Assembly: GCA_963752285.1 (NCBI GenBank)
Contig: CAVVXN010000005.1
Location: 928,001-992,000 of the forward strand
DNA length: 64,000 nucleotides
From: an uncultured Planctomycetota bacterium
Lineage (GTDB): Bacteria; Planctomycetota; PLA2; JAEUHO01
Direction: 5' to 3'
The notes beneath the pieces are model-generated. The model saw only the letters and a list, made by a program, of their open reading frames with translations. It did not search any database and was not told the DNA's origin. The position numbers were made by a program, and so were the translations under genes. Of the stretch, positions 17,465 to 25,756 are shown one piece after another. Position 1 is the stretch's first letter. Each line of letters opens with the position of its first letter.

Positions 17465-19912
17465 TCACGGCCGCGGACGGAGACGGACGTCCACGGCGCG
17501 CTCGAGCGGGGAAGGATCGAGCTCGACCGAGAGCACGGTCGCCTCGTACCCGTCCGCCTCCACGCGCAGCCGCCGCGCACCGGAGGGAGCGGGCAGCCGG
17601 TAGCGACCGTCGGCGCGCGCGCCCTCGAACGTGGCGAGCGCCGTGTCGCCCGTGGCGTCGGCCACCTCGATCCGGACCTTCCCGACGGGCCTCCCGTCCC
17701 GAGACGAGAGCACGCGCACGTCGAGCGCGATCGTCACCGGGTCGGGCGCCTGACGCACCAGGGGCACCTCCAGGCGCATCGGATCCGGGGCCTCGACGAG
17801 ATCGAGGACGCGTTCGAACCCCCCGTGCGTGAGCGTCTGCACCGTGAGGGTGGCCCGTCCCGGCGGGCCGCTCGCGAACCAGACGCCTCGGCGGGCGTCG
17901 TACACGAACACGGCCGGGCGCTCCGCTCCCTCCGGACGCACGAGGACCTCGGCGATCCGGATCGGTTCGCCCGAATCGCGGTCCGTGAGGGCCAGCTCGA
18001 CCCGCGCGAGCGCGCCCGGAAGGACCACCTTCACCCGCTCGTCTCGAACGCCGTCGGGCAGCTCGAGGACCCCGGTCCGGTACCGCGGCTCGCCGCTCAC
18101 CTGCACGCGGACCGGGCTCGTCTCGAGACGGTCCGGCAGGTCCAGGAGCTCGAAGCTCCCGTTCTCGTCCGTCGCGGCGTGACGGAGCGTCCCGCCGCGG
18201 GCGACGTCGATCAGGTACACGTCGCCGCTCGCTACGGGCGTGCCGTCGGCGAGCTCCGCCGAGCCCTGGATCCGGAGCCGGCCTCGTTCGGCGAAGGCGA
18301 GGTGCACGGTGACGTCCGCCGCCCCGCCCCGCGGCACGTCCACGACGACGCGGCTCCCCGCCCGTCCCACCGCCCCGACGGACACGTTCGTCGGCCCGGC
18401 GGGGAGTCCCTCGAGCGTGAAGCGCCCCCCGGCGTCCGACCAGACGCGCCGGAACGACGTCGTGACCGCGGCCGAGGCGATCGGCCGATCCTGCTCGTCC
18501 CACACGACGCCGCGCACGGCGCCGAGGGCGTTCCCGTCCACCGGGAGCCGGACCACCACGCGCGCTTCCTCCCCTTCCGAGAGCAGCACGGGGACCGAAG
18601 GGGTCCCATCGAGCCCCCGGGGTCCGTTTCCCAGGTCGTGGTGGTTGGCCAGGACCGCGGCGGCGCCCGCCGGCAGGTCCGCGACGGCGAGGACGCCGTC
18701 CGGTCCCGTGGCGCCGAGCGTCCTCAGGTCGCCGAACGAGACCGCCTTCGCGCCGACGGCGCCGGGAGGGCCGAGGAACACCTCGGTCCCGGAGAGGGGA
18801 CGCCCGTTCTCGTCCAGGACACGTACGGAGAGTCGCGCAGGACCGCGCGGCGGCGGGAGGGAGAAACGGGTCCAGTGCCCCGTGGGACCCATGCCGCCGC
18901 CGCCCTTTCCGAGTGCCGTCCCCCCGGGCGGCGGGCCGAAGGGGCTCGCGACCACCGCGGGACGCGCGCTCTCGAAGGCGGCGCGGTCGAAGGGCGTGGG
19001 GACGAAGCCCGCCTCCCGGCCATCGACGCCCCGTGCCGATCCCGGCGTGCCGATCGCCGCGGGGAGCGCGGCCCCGTCGATCGGCGTCGGCGACGACGGG
19101 GCCGTACCCGCCCCCGCCGCGAGCGTCGCCGGCGGCGGCGCCGCGCGCGCGGGCGCCGTGCCCTCGAGGAGGCCCGGTGGGGCCGGCGGCTCCGGACGGG
19201 AGAGCGCCCGCCCGACGACGTAGCCCCCGCCGCCGAGCAGCAGCAGCACGGCGAGCGCCCCCGAGATTCGCAGCACGAGCTTCGACGTCATGACACCTCC
19301 CAGAACGGCACGTACCGCAGGTCCGCGACCGTGGCGTCGAACCACGGGCCCGAGCGCGCCGAGCCAGCGCATGCGGCTTCCCTCGGATCCCGCGTCGAGC
19401 CGGCGCCGGAGCGTAGAGAGCCCGCGCTTCAATCGGGACTTCACCGTCTCGAGGGGAAGACCGAGCCGGGTCGCGATCGCCCGCGGCCACAGGCCTTCGA
19501 GGTAGCGGAGCACGAGGACCGTCCGGTACGGCTCCTCGAGCGCGCGCACCTCGTCGAGGATGCGGCGGTGGAGGTCCACCCGCGCCACGGCGTCCAGCAC
19601 CGACGACGTCGCGTCGGGACGGGCGGCTCGCCGCTCGTGCTCCTTCTGCCGGGCCGCGGCGCGGGCGCGGTGCCGGACGAGGTTCCGGATCACACCGCCC
19701 CAGAACGCGGCGGGCGCGCGCCCGCTGCCGACGCGGCCTTCCAGCGCCAGGAGAGCCGACTGCTGAAGCACGTCATCGGCCTCCCCGGGGTCGCGGACGA
19801 GGCCGCGCGCGAGCCGGAGCAGCGCCGACGCACGGCGTACGATCTCCGCGTCCGCGGCCTCCGGGTCCGGCGGCGTCCGGCGCGGCTCGTTTCGGGTCGT
19901 TCCCGTGGGCAT
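17465..19912 (-). CDS. ECF sigma-70 factor fused via a TM helix to carboxypeptidase-regulatory-like (Ig) domains
   Basis: Region 2 LARGLV.D..EADDVLQQ; region 4 EPYRTVLVLRYLEGL..IA.RLGLPLETVKSRL.RG; TM LAVLLLLGGGGYVV; repeated GxVxD..G.P / TD..G.F.L. Confidence 0.85.
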   Translation of the reverse strand: MPTGTTRNEPRRTPPDPEAADAEIVRRASALLRLARGLVRDPGEADDVLQQSALLALEGRVGSGRAPAAFWGGVIRNLVRHRARAAARQKEHERRAARPDATSSVLDAVARVDLHRRILDEVRALEEPYRTVLVLRYLEGLWPRAIATRLGLPLETVKSRLKRGLSTLRRRLDAGSEGSRMRWLGALGPVVRRHGRGPAVRAVLGGVMTSKLVLRISGALAVLLLLGGGGYVVGRALSRPEPPAPPGLLEGTAPARAAPPPATLAAGAGTAPSSPTPIDGAALPAAIGTPGSARGVDGREAGFVPTPFDRAAFESARPAVVASPFGPPPGGTALGKGGGGMGPTGHWTRFSLPPPRGPARLSVRVLDENGRPLSGTEVFLGPPGAVGAKAVSFGDLRTLGATGPDGVLAVADLPAGAAAVLANHHDLGNGPRGLDGTPSVPVLLSEGEEARVVVRLPVDGNALGAVRGVVWDEQDRPIASAAVTTSFRRVWSDAGGRFTLEGLPAGPTNVSVGAVGRAGSRVVVDVPRGGAADVTVHLAFAERGRLRIQGSAELADGTPVASGDVYLIDVARGGTLRHAATDENGSFELLDLPDRLETSPVRVQVSGEPRYRTGVLELPDGVRDERVKVVLPGALARVELALTDRDSGEPIRIAEVLVRPEGAERPAVFVYDARRGVWFASGPPGRATLTVQTLTHGGFERVLDLVEAPDPMRLEVPLVRQAPDPVTIALDVRVLSSRDGRPVGKVRIEVADATGDTALATFEGARADGRYRLPAPSGARRLRVEADGYEATVLSVELDPSPLERAVDVRLRPRP

Positions 19913-19976
19913 GGCGTCTCCACACTCTCGTGCCCGCCCGCGCTCGATCGGGGGCACGCCCGCGCGGGCGGCCGGA

Positions 19977-21545
19977 TCATCCCTCCCGCGGGAACCGGCA
20001 CGGCTCGAGCAGCATCAGCGCCGCCAGCGCCGTGACGAAGGGACGGCCTCCGGCCTCCGAGTACGGGCCGAGGGGCGCCCAGGACCCGTTCGCGTGCCCC
20101 GCCGCCGCCTGACCGTCGAGCAGCGCCTTCACGAGCGCGCGACGCCACCCCCGCTCGAGGCCCCGCCGCTCGAACGCGAACGCCGCCTCGTACCAGAGCA
20201 GCGGGTAGAGACTCCCCACCTGCGCGTGGACCGTCCGGCCGTCCGGGGTCTTCACGTCCTTCGTCTCGATCTTCCATGCCGGGTTCGGCGACGACGCGGC
20301 CGCGAGCTGACGCGCGAGGGACGTCGTCCCTCCGAGGCGGCCGACCGCCGCGCGCGCGGCGAGCGCGCCGGCGGCGTTCGCTCGCGTCGGCGTGTAGCCG
20401 CTCAGCTCCGCGCCCTCGTGGTACTCGCTCCGCCCCGTCTTCGAGTCCACGCGCGCGTCGAGGAACGCGAGCGCGCGGTCCACGACCTCCTCCGGGACGC
20501 CCACGCCGCACTGGAGCGCGATCCCGATCGCCGAGAGCACCACGCTGGTGGTCGGGACGTCGCCGACGTCGTAGATGTACGACCAGCCGCCGTCGGGACG
20601 CTGGAGGCGGAGCAGGTCGCCGACGCCCCGTTCCACGACGTCGAGCAGCGCCGGGTCGCGCGCCGCCGCGGCCACGTCCGCGAGGGCCTCCACGGCGAAC
20701 GCGTGGTTCCAGATCTGGTCGAACCCGCCGGGACCGCGCTCGACGAGCTGGACGAGCCACGGCACCGCCCGCGCGAGGTTCTCGGCGTACGGTCCCGCGG
20801 TCGGCGTGCTGCCGCCCGCCGACCACGCGAGGGCGGCGACCGCCGTGACGGCCCCGTCGAAGCCGCACGGGACGCGTTCGCCGTGGTGTCCCCCGCCGAG
20901 GCCTCCGCAGGGGTCCGACGACGGGCAGTGCCGCTCGAACCCGTCGGCGTCGATCTTGCCGTCCTCGTCCTGGTGCCGGGCGAGCCAGTCGAGTGCGCGC
21001 CGGGCGGCCGCCTCCGCGTCGGGGCCGACGCCCGCCGCGCGAAGGGCCCGCTGCCGCGCCGCGCCCCAGCGGGGACCGGTCGTGCCGATCGGCGGCCACG
21101 GCGCGGCGGCGCCCGCCACCCACGTCCCGTTCCGCGCCACGCGCCCGAGGAGGAGTCCCGCGTCCCCGGCCTCCGGCGACGCCGAGAGCGCGCGGTCGAG
21201 GAGTCGCCGCGCGTCGTCGTCGAGGTGCCGGCTCCACGCGAAGCGCGCGAGCGCCTGGAGGCCCGCCGCGTCGTCGGGCGGGAGCGTCGCCTCGCGCCGG
21301 CGGACCTCGTCCACGGGGGGTTCGCCGGGGAGGATCGCGGCCACCTCCGTGCGCGCGAGGTGGCGCACGCCCGCCGGCGTAGCCACGTCGAGACGGCCGT
21401 CCCGCGGCGTCGTGACCGACCCGAACAGGACCTCGCCGTCGAAGAGGCGCACCTCGTCGGCCGCCGCGCGCCGGGTCCCCACCGCCCCCGTCCCGGCGAG
21501 GGCGAGCGCGGCGGTTGCGACGAACGCACGGAGGCGACGGCTCAC
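19977..21545 (-). CDS. Secreted prenyltransferase/squalene-oxidase repeat protein
   Basis: Signal peptide; RALDWLARHQDEDG, LQRPDGGWSY, NGSWAP..GG..TAL..L.L; GTGA overlap with the upstream gene. Confidence 0.75.
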   Translation of the reverse strand: MSRRLRAFVATAALALAGTGAVGTRRAAADEVRLFDGEVLFGSVTTPRDGRLDVATPAGVRHLARTEVAAILPGEPPVDEVRRREATLPPDDAAGLQALARFAWSRHLDDDARRLLDRALSASPEAGDAGLLLGRVARNGTWVAGAAAPWPPIGTTGPRWGAARQRALRAAGVGPDAEAAARRALDWLARHQDEDGKIDADGFERHCPSSDPCGGLGGGHHGERVPCGFDGAVTAVAALAWSAGGSTPTAGPYAENLARAVPWLVQLVERGPGGFDQIWNHAFAVEALADVAAAARDPALLDVVERGVGDLLRLQRPDGGWSYIYDVGDVPTTSVVLSAIGIALQCGVGVPEEVVDRALAFLDARVDSKTGRSEYHEGAELSGYTPTRANAAGALAARAAVGRLGGTTSLARQLAAASSPNPAWKIETKDVKTPDGRTVHAQVGSLYPLLWYEAAFAFERRGLERGWRRALVKALLDGQAAAGHANGSWAPLGPYSEAGGRPFVTALAALMLLEPCRFPREG

Positions 21546-23395
21546 GGCTCCCCCTCGACGCCGAGCGTGGTCGCCAGCTTCTTCTGATGCCCGGGGACCC
21601 AGGTCGCGTCGGCCCACGCGAGCCCCGCCCCCTCGGCGACGTTCATGATCGACGTCGGCGACTCGGTGTCGTGCTGACAGCCGCAGATGTGTCCGAACTC
21701 GTGCGACAGCGTGAGGCCGATCGCGCTCGCGAACCCGTCGAGCAGGCAACGGATCTCGTCCGCGCGGCGGCGCGCGCCGGGATCGTCGGTCCAGCGCCAG
21801 GTGCCGTCGAGGTACGCGCGGTCCTCGCGCCCGAGGGGCGGGTCGAGCGCGTGCGCGGCGTACATCGTGCGCACGAGGAACGTCGAGTAGATCGCGGCCT
21901 TGCCGCTGCCGATCACCCGGCCGCCCGCGCTCGGGTCGTCGCCGGCGACGATCCCCCACCAGACGTGGGCGCTCGACACGTCGTCCCCGGGCGGCTTCGT
22001 GGTGAACGTGATGCCCCACGACCAGCCCGGGATCGGGGTGCCGTCCGCCTCGCGTCGGAACAGCCGGTGCGCGACGCGGATCGCGCGTCCGAGGATCTCG
22101 TCCTCCACGGCCTTCCGTGTCGGCGCGTCCGTGTCGGGCCCGAGGAGGCCGATCGCGTGGAGGTCCTGCTCGATGGTGCGCGGGGTGGCGTCGTCCTCCC
22201 ACACGAGGACGCCGATGCGGCCCCGCTTCTCGTTCACGGCGGCCGGCGGCGGCTGGCCGAATCCCAGCGGCGGACCGCAGGCGGCGGTCGGCGCCGCGGC
22301 GAGCGAGGTCAGGACGAGCCCCTTCGCGTGGAGGAGCCAGAGACGAAGCGTGGGGAACCGCGCCGCGCCGTGGGGCTCGAGCACGAGCGGGCCGAGCGCG
22401 CCGACGCCCAGGTCGCCGGCCTCGAGGGCCGCCGCGACCTTCCGGGCGTGGGTCGAGCCGGCGCGCTCGATCGCCGCCGCGACGCGTCGCACCGCCTCGT
22501 GCGCGCGGGCGGCGACGTCGTCGGCGTACCGACCGTCCTTCTCGAGCGCCTCGACGAGCGCCGACCCCACCCGTCCCTCGAGCTCGGGATCGGGACCGCC
22601 GAGCGCGTAGCTCCCTTCGAGCGCGGTGGGCGCGAGCGCCGCGAGCTCCTCACGTCGGTTCGTGTCGGCGAAGAGGCATGGACGACGCTCACCGGCCTTC
22701 TCGAGCGCCCTCGCGAACGCGTCGGCGCGCGCGCCCGACAGCGCCACGTACACCCAGTCCGCTTCCAGGCCGCGCACGGCGCGGACCGCGCGCGCGGCCA
22801 TCACGTCGAGGTCGCCCTCCTCGAACGCGACCACGCCGGCCATCGTGATCCACGGAGAGAGGTTTCGGGCGACGCCCGCTGCGACCGCGCGGCCCCACGG
22901 CGACGCCTCGTGGAGGATCCCCACGCGCCGCGCGCCGATCGGCGCGTCCAGCGTGTCGGCTGCGACGACGGCCTCCGCCGCGGGCGACGGTCCGAGCAGC
23001 CAGACGCGCCCGGGGTTCAGGATCGCGTCGGGCGCGACGTAGGCGAGCCAGAACCAGGGCACGCGCGACTTCTGCGCCGCGGCGACGAACGCCTCGGCCT
23101 GCGACGCCGGGGGAAGGGCGACGACGGCGAGAGGGTGCCGCGCCCTCGTACGCGTGATCGCGGCGGCGAGGCTCTCGGCGGTCGTTCCCGTGTCGATCGC
23201 CTCCACGACGAGCGCCGGCCGCGCCGCGGCGGCGGCGACGCGCGCGCCGGCGGCGGCCGACTCGAGTCCCGCCCCCGCGGGCGCGAGCACCACGACCACC
23301 TCGGGGGTGGGCCCCGCCCGGGCTCCCGTCGAGAGCAGGAGTCCCAGCAGGCCGAGGACCACGGTGGCGCGAGGCCGACCCCTCGTCGGGCGCAT
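21542..23395 (-). CDS. Type I periplasmic-binding (branched-chain amino acid ABC SBP-like) domain fused to a metzincin metalloprotease
   Basis: Signal peptide; ARRVGILHEASPWG, ARAHEAVRRVAAAIERAGST; C-terminal HEFGHICGCQH..SIM (HExxHxxGxxH plus Met-turn). Confidence 0.75.
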   Translation of the reverse strand: MRPTRGRPRATVVLGLLGLLLSTGARAGPTPEVVVVLAPAGAGLESAAAGARVAAAAARPALVVEAIDTGTTAESLAAAITRTRARHPLAVVALPPASQAEAFVAAAQKSRVPWFWLAYVAPDAILNPGRVWLLGPSPAAEAVVAADTLDAPIGARRVGILHEASPWGRAVAAGVARNLSPWITMAGVVAFEEGDLDVMAARAVRAVRGLEADWVYVALSGARADAFARALEKAGERRPCLFADTNRREELAALAPTALEGSYALGGPDPELEGRVGSALVEALEKDGRYADDVAARAHEAVRRVAAAIERAGSTHARKVAAALEAGDLGVGALGPLVLEPHGAARFPTLRLWLLHAKGLVLTSLAAAPTAACGPPLGFGQPPPAAVNEKRGRIGVLVWEDDATPRTIEQDLHAIGLLGPDTDAPTRKAVEDEILGRAIRVAHRLFRREADGTPIPGWSWGITFTTKPPGDDVSSAHVWWGIVAGDDPSAGGRVIGSGKAAIYSTFLVRTMYAAHALDPPLGREDRAYLDGTWRWTDDPGARRRADEIRCLLDGFASAIGLTLSHEFGHICGCQHDTESPTSIMNVAEGAGLAWADATWVPGHQKKLATTLGVEGEP

Positions 23396-23550
23396 GGCGC
23401 GACCATCGACGCGCGGGGCGGGGGCGTCAAGCACGCGTCATCTCCCGCTCCGACCCGTAGGATTCGGGCTCGGAGGCGGCGGACGGGTACCCGGTCCGGA
23501 CCGACCGGAGCTTCGGCCGGACGGCGGGCCCCAGACGAAAGGGAGGAGCC

Positions 23551-24372
23551 ATGCTTCGCACCATCTCGATTCTCGCCGGGGTTCTCGCGTTCGGCTGGGT
23601 CGGCGCGACGCCGCCCGCGAACGCGGACGGCGAGGGCTGCCAGCGGGTGGACATGGAGGTCCAGTGCTCCGTCACCCAGCAGCGGATCCTCGTCGGGGAC
23701 CCCTTCGAGGCCGTCGCGCGCGTCACGAACACGGGGGACGTCGCCCTCGAGAAGGTGACCTTGGCGCTCCAGGGACGCGCGGGGACGCGGCAGGTCGGCG
23801 ACGCGCCGCTCAGCACGGTCTTCGAGAAGATCGCGCCCGGAGAGACCCAAGAGCTCAAGGGACGATTCGTCGCCGAGGCCGTCGGCCAGGCCCGCTTCGA
23901 CGCGTCGGCGCGGGACCAGTTCGGCTGGGCCGCCGCCGGCTGCCACTGTGCGGCGACGGTGGAGGGCCTCCCCGCCCTCCAGCTCGAGATGATCGACCTC
24001 GACATCGACCGGAACCCGCAGGGCATCTTCGAGAAGGGCCAGAGCTTCCTCTACGTGCTCGACGTCGAGAACGACATGGGCACGGCCGTCACGCCGGAGC
24101 TCAAGGTCACGTGGCTCCTGCCGCCGTCCCTGGCGTTCGTCTCGGGCGTCGGAAACCGGGGCGTGACGGTGACGGGGAGCGGCATCAACGCCGAGTCCTC
24201 GCCGTTCGTGCTCGCCCCGAACGAGAAGCAGAGCTTCGAGATCGTCGTGAAGGTCGTGGACGTGCCGCCGGAGCAGTGGGTCCAGTCGCGGGCGTCGGTC
24301 GTCACGTCCGGGGGCATCGAGCTCGCGACCGAGACCGAGTCCACGACGCTCCGGCCCGCCAGCGAGAAGTAG
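23551..24372 (+). CDS. Secreted DUF11-repeat protein (OmcB/cysteine-rich outer membrane protein-like modules)
   Basis: GGAGG RBS, signal peptide, VGD..VTNTGD..L, PALQLEMID..G....Y...V.N, E.ESTT. Confidence 0.7.
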   Translation: MLRTISILAGVLAFGWVGATPPANADGEGCQRVDMEVQCSVTQQRILVGDPFEAVARVTNTGDVALEKVTLALQGRAGTRQVGDAPLSTVFEKIAPGETQELKGRFVAEAVGQARFDASARDQFGWAAAGCHCAATVEGLPALQLEMIDLDIDRNPQGIFEKGQSFLYVLDVENDMGTAVTPELKVTWLLPPSLAFVSGVGNRGVTVTGSGINAESSPFVLAPNEKQSFEIVVKVVDVPPEQWVQSRASVVTSGGIELATETESTTLRPASEK

Positions 24373-24394
24373 CGGGGCCCAACGGGGGCCCCGC
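24372..24394. terminator. Hairpin between convergent genes
   Basis: GCGGGGCCC-AACGG-GGGCCCCGC. Confidence 0.45.
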
Positions 24395-24417
24395 GAGAAC
24401 GGGGTTCCCCGGTTCGC

Positions 24418-25698
24418 TCAGCCCTCGAGATCGGCGAGGTCGAAGCCGTAGCGGACGTTCGGGAAGCGCGCGCGGAGCGCGTGCACGTCCGCGCGGACGT
24501 CCACCCGGTCCACGATCGCCCCTCGCACGAGGCGGGCGACCTCCTCCATCTCGGCCGAACCCATGCCGTAGCGGGTCATCTCCTGCACGCCGAGGCGGAT
24601 GCCGCGCGGGTCGGTCGCGTTCCTCCCGGGCTCGCCGGGGAGCATGTTCATGTTGCAGATCACGTCGTTCGAGGCGAGGCGCCGGCTCACCTCGCGGCCG
24701 CCGCCCTGCGCGGCGACGTCCACCGCCACCTGGTGCGAGCGCGTGTACCCGAGGTCGGGCGCCGCCACGTCGAGGCCTTCCTTGTGGAGGGCGCCGGCCA
24801 GCGCCCGCGCGTTCTCGACGGTGGCCCGCGCGTAGTCCTCGCCGAACGTCTCCACCTCCAGCGCCGAGACGAGCAGGGCCGGAAGGCTGAAGAGGTGGTG
24901 GTTGGAGGACGACCCCGGGAAGACGCCCTTGTCGAGCGTGCGCTGGAAGTCCTCCTCGGACCGGTCGGTCAGCACGACGCCGCGCTGCGGGCCGAAGAAC
25001 GTCTTGTGCGTGCTGCCGGCGAGCACGTCGGCGCCCTCGCGGAGCGGGTCCTGGAACTGTCCGCCCGCGATCAGCCCGAGGACGTGGGCCCCGTCGTAGA
25101 AGATGCGCGCGCCCACCTCGTCGCACACCTCGCGGATCTCGGCGACCGGCTCCGGGAACAGGAAGAGGCTCCGCCCGAACACCACGAGCGGGGGGCGCTC
25201 CTTGCGGATCAGGTCCCTCGCCGCGGCCGAATCGACGCGCCATCCGTCGGGGAGCATGGGCCACCCGAGGATGTTCCGCGTGCGCTTACCGAGGCTCCCG
25301 ATGCGGGCGTGCGAGATGTGGCCGCCGGTCGCCACGCCGTGGGCGATCGCGGGCGCGCCCTGCGGCACGAGGCGGCTGAACACGGCCTCGTTCGCGACGG
25401 TGCCCGCGATCGGGCGCACGTCCGCGAACGCGGCGCGAAAGATGCGGCGCATCGCGTCCGTGGTGAGCGTCTCGATCTCGTCCACGTAGCGCGTGCCCTC
25501 GTAGTAGCGAAGACCCGGATGCCCCTCCGCGTAGCGGTGGAGCAGGTCCGAGTCGAGGACGCTGCGCGCCGCCGGAGAGAGGACGTTCTCCGACGCGATC
25601 AGGTTGATCGTGGTGGCGCGCCACGCGTCGTGCTCGCGGAGGATGCTCCGGACACGGGCGAGGAGGACCAACGGCTTCGAGGCGGATTCGACGGACAT
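24418..25698 (-). CDS. glyA: Serine hydroxymethyltransferase (archaeal-type signature)
   Basis: NLIASEN, RYAEGHPG.RYYEG, GGHISH, DGAHVLGLIAGG, STHKTFFGPQRG, VFPGSSSNHH. Confidence 0.93.
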   Translation of the reverse strand: MSVESASKPLVLLARVRSILREHDAWRATTINLIASENVLSPAARSVLDSDLLHRYAEGHPGLRYYEGTRYVDEIETLTTDAMRRIFRAAFADVRPIAGTVANEAVFSRLVPQGAPAIAHGVATGGHISHARIGSLGKRTRNILGWPMLPDGWRVDSAAARDLIRKERPPLVVFGRSLFLFPEPVAEIREVCDEVGARIFYDGAHVLGLIAGGQFQDPLREGADVLAGSTHKTFFGPQRGVVLTDRSEEDFQRTLDKGVFPGSSSNHHLFSLPALLVSALEVETFGEDYARATVENARALAGALHKEGLDVAAPDLGYTRSHQVAVDVAAQGGGREVSRRLASNDVICNMNMLPGEPGRNATDPRGIRLGVQEMTRYGMGSAEMEEVARLVRGAIVDRVDVRADVHALRARFPNVRYGFDLADLEG

Positions 25699-25756
25699 GG
25701 GAGGCGAGTGTAGCGCCGCCCCGCCCGCCCACGGAGCGAAGGGAAGCCCGCCGTGG

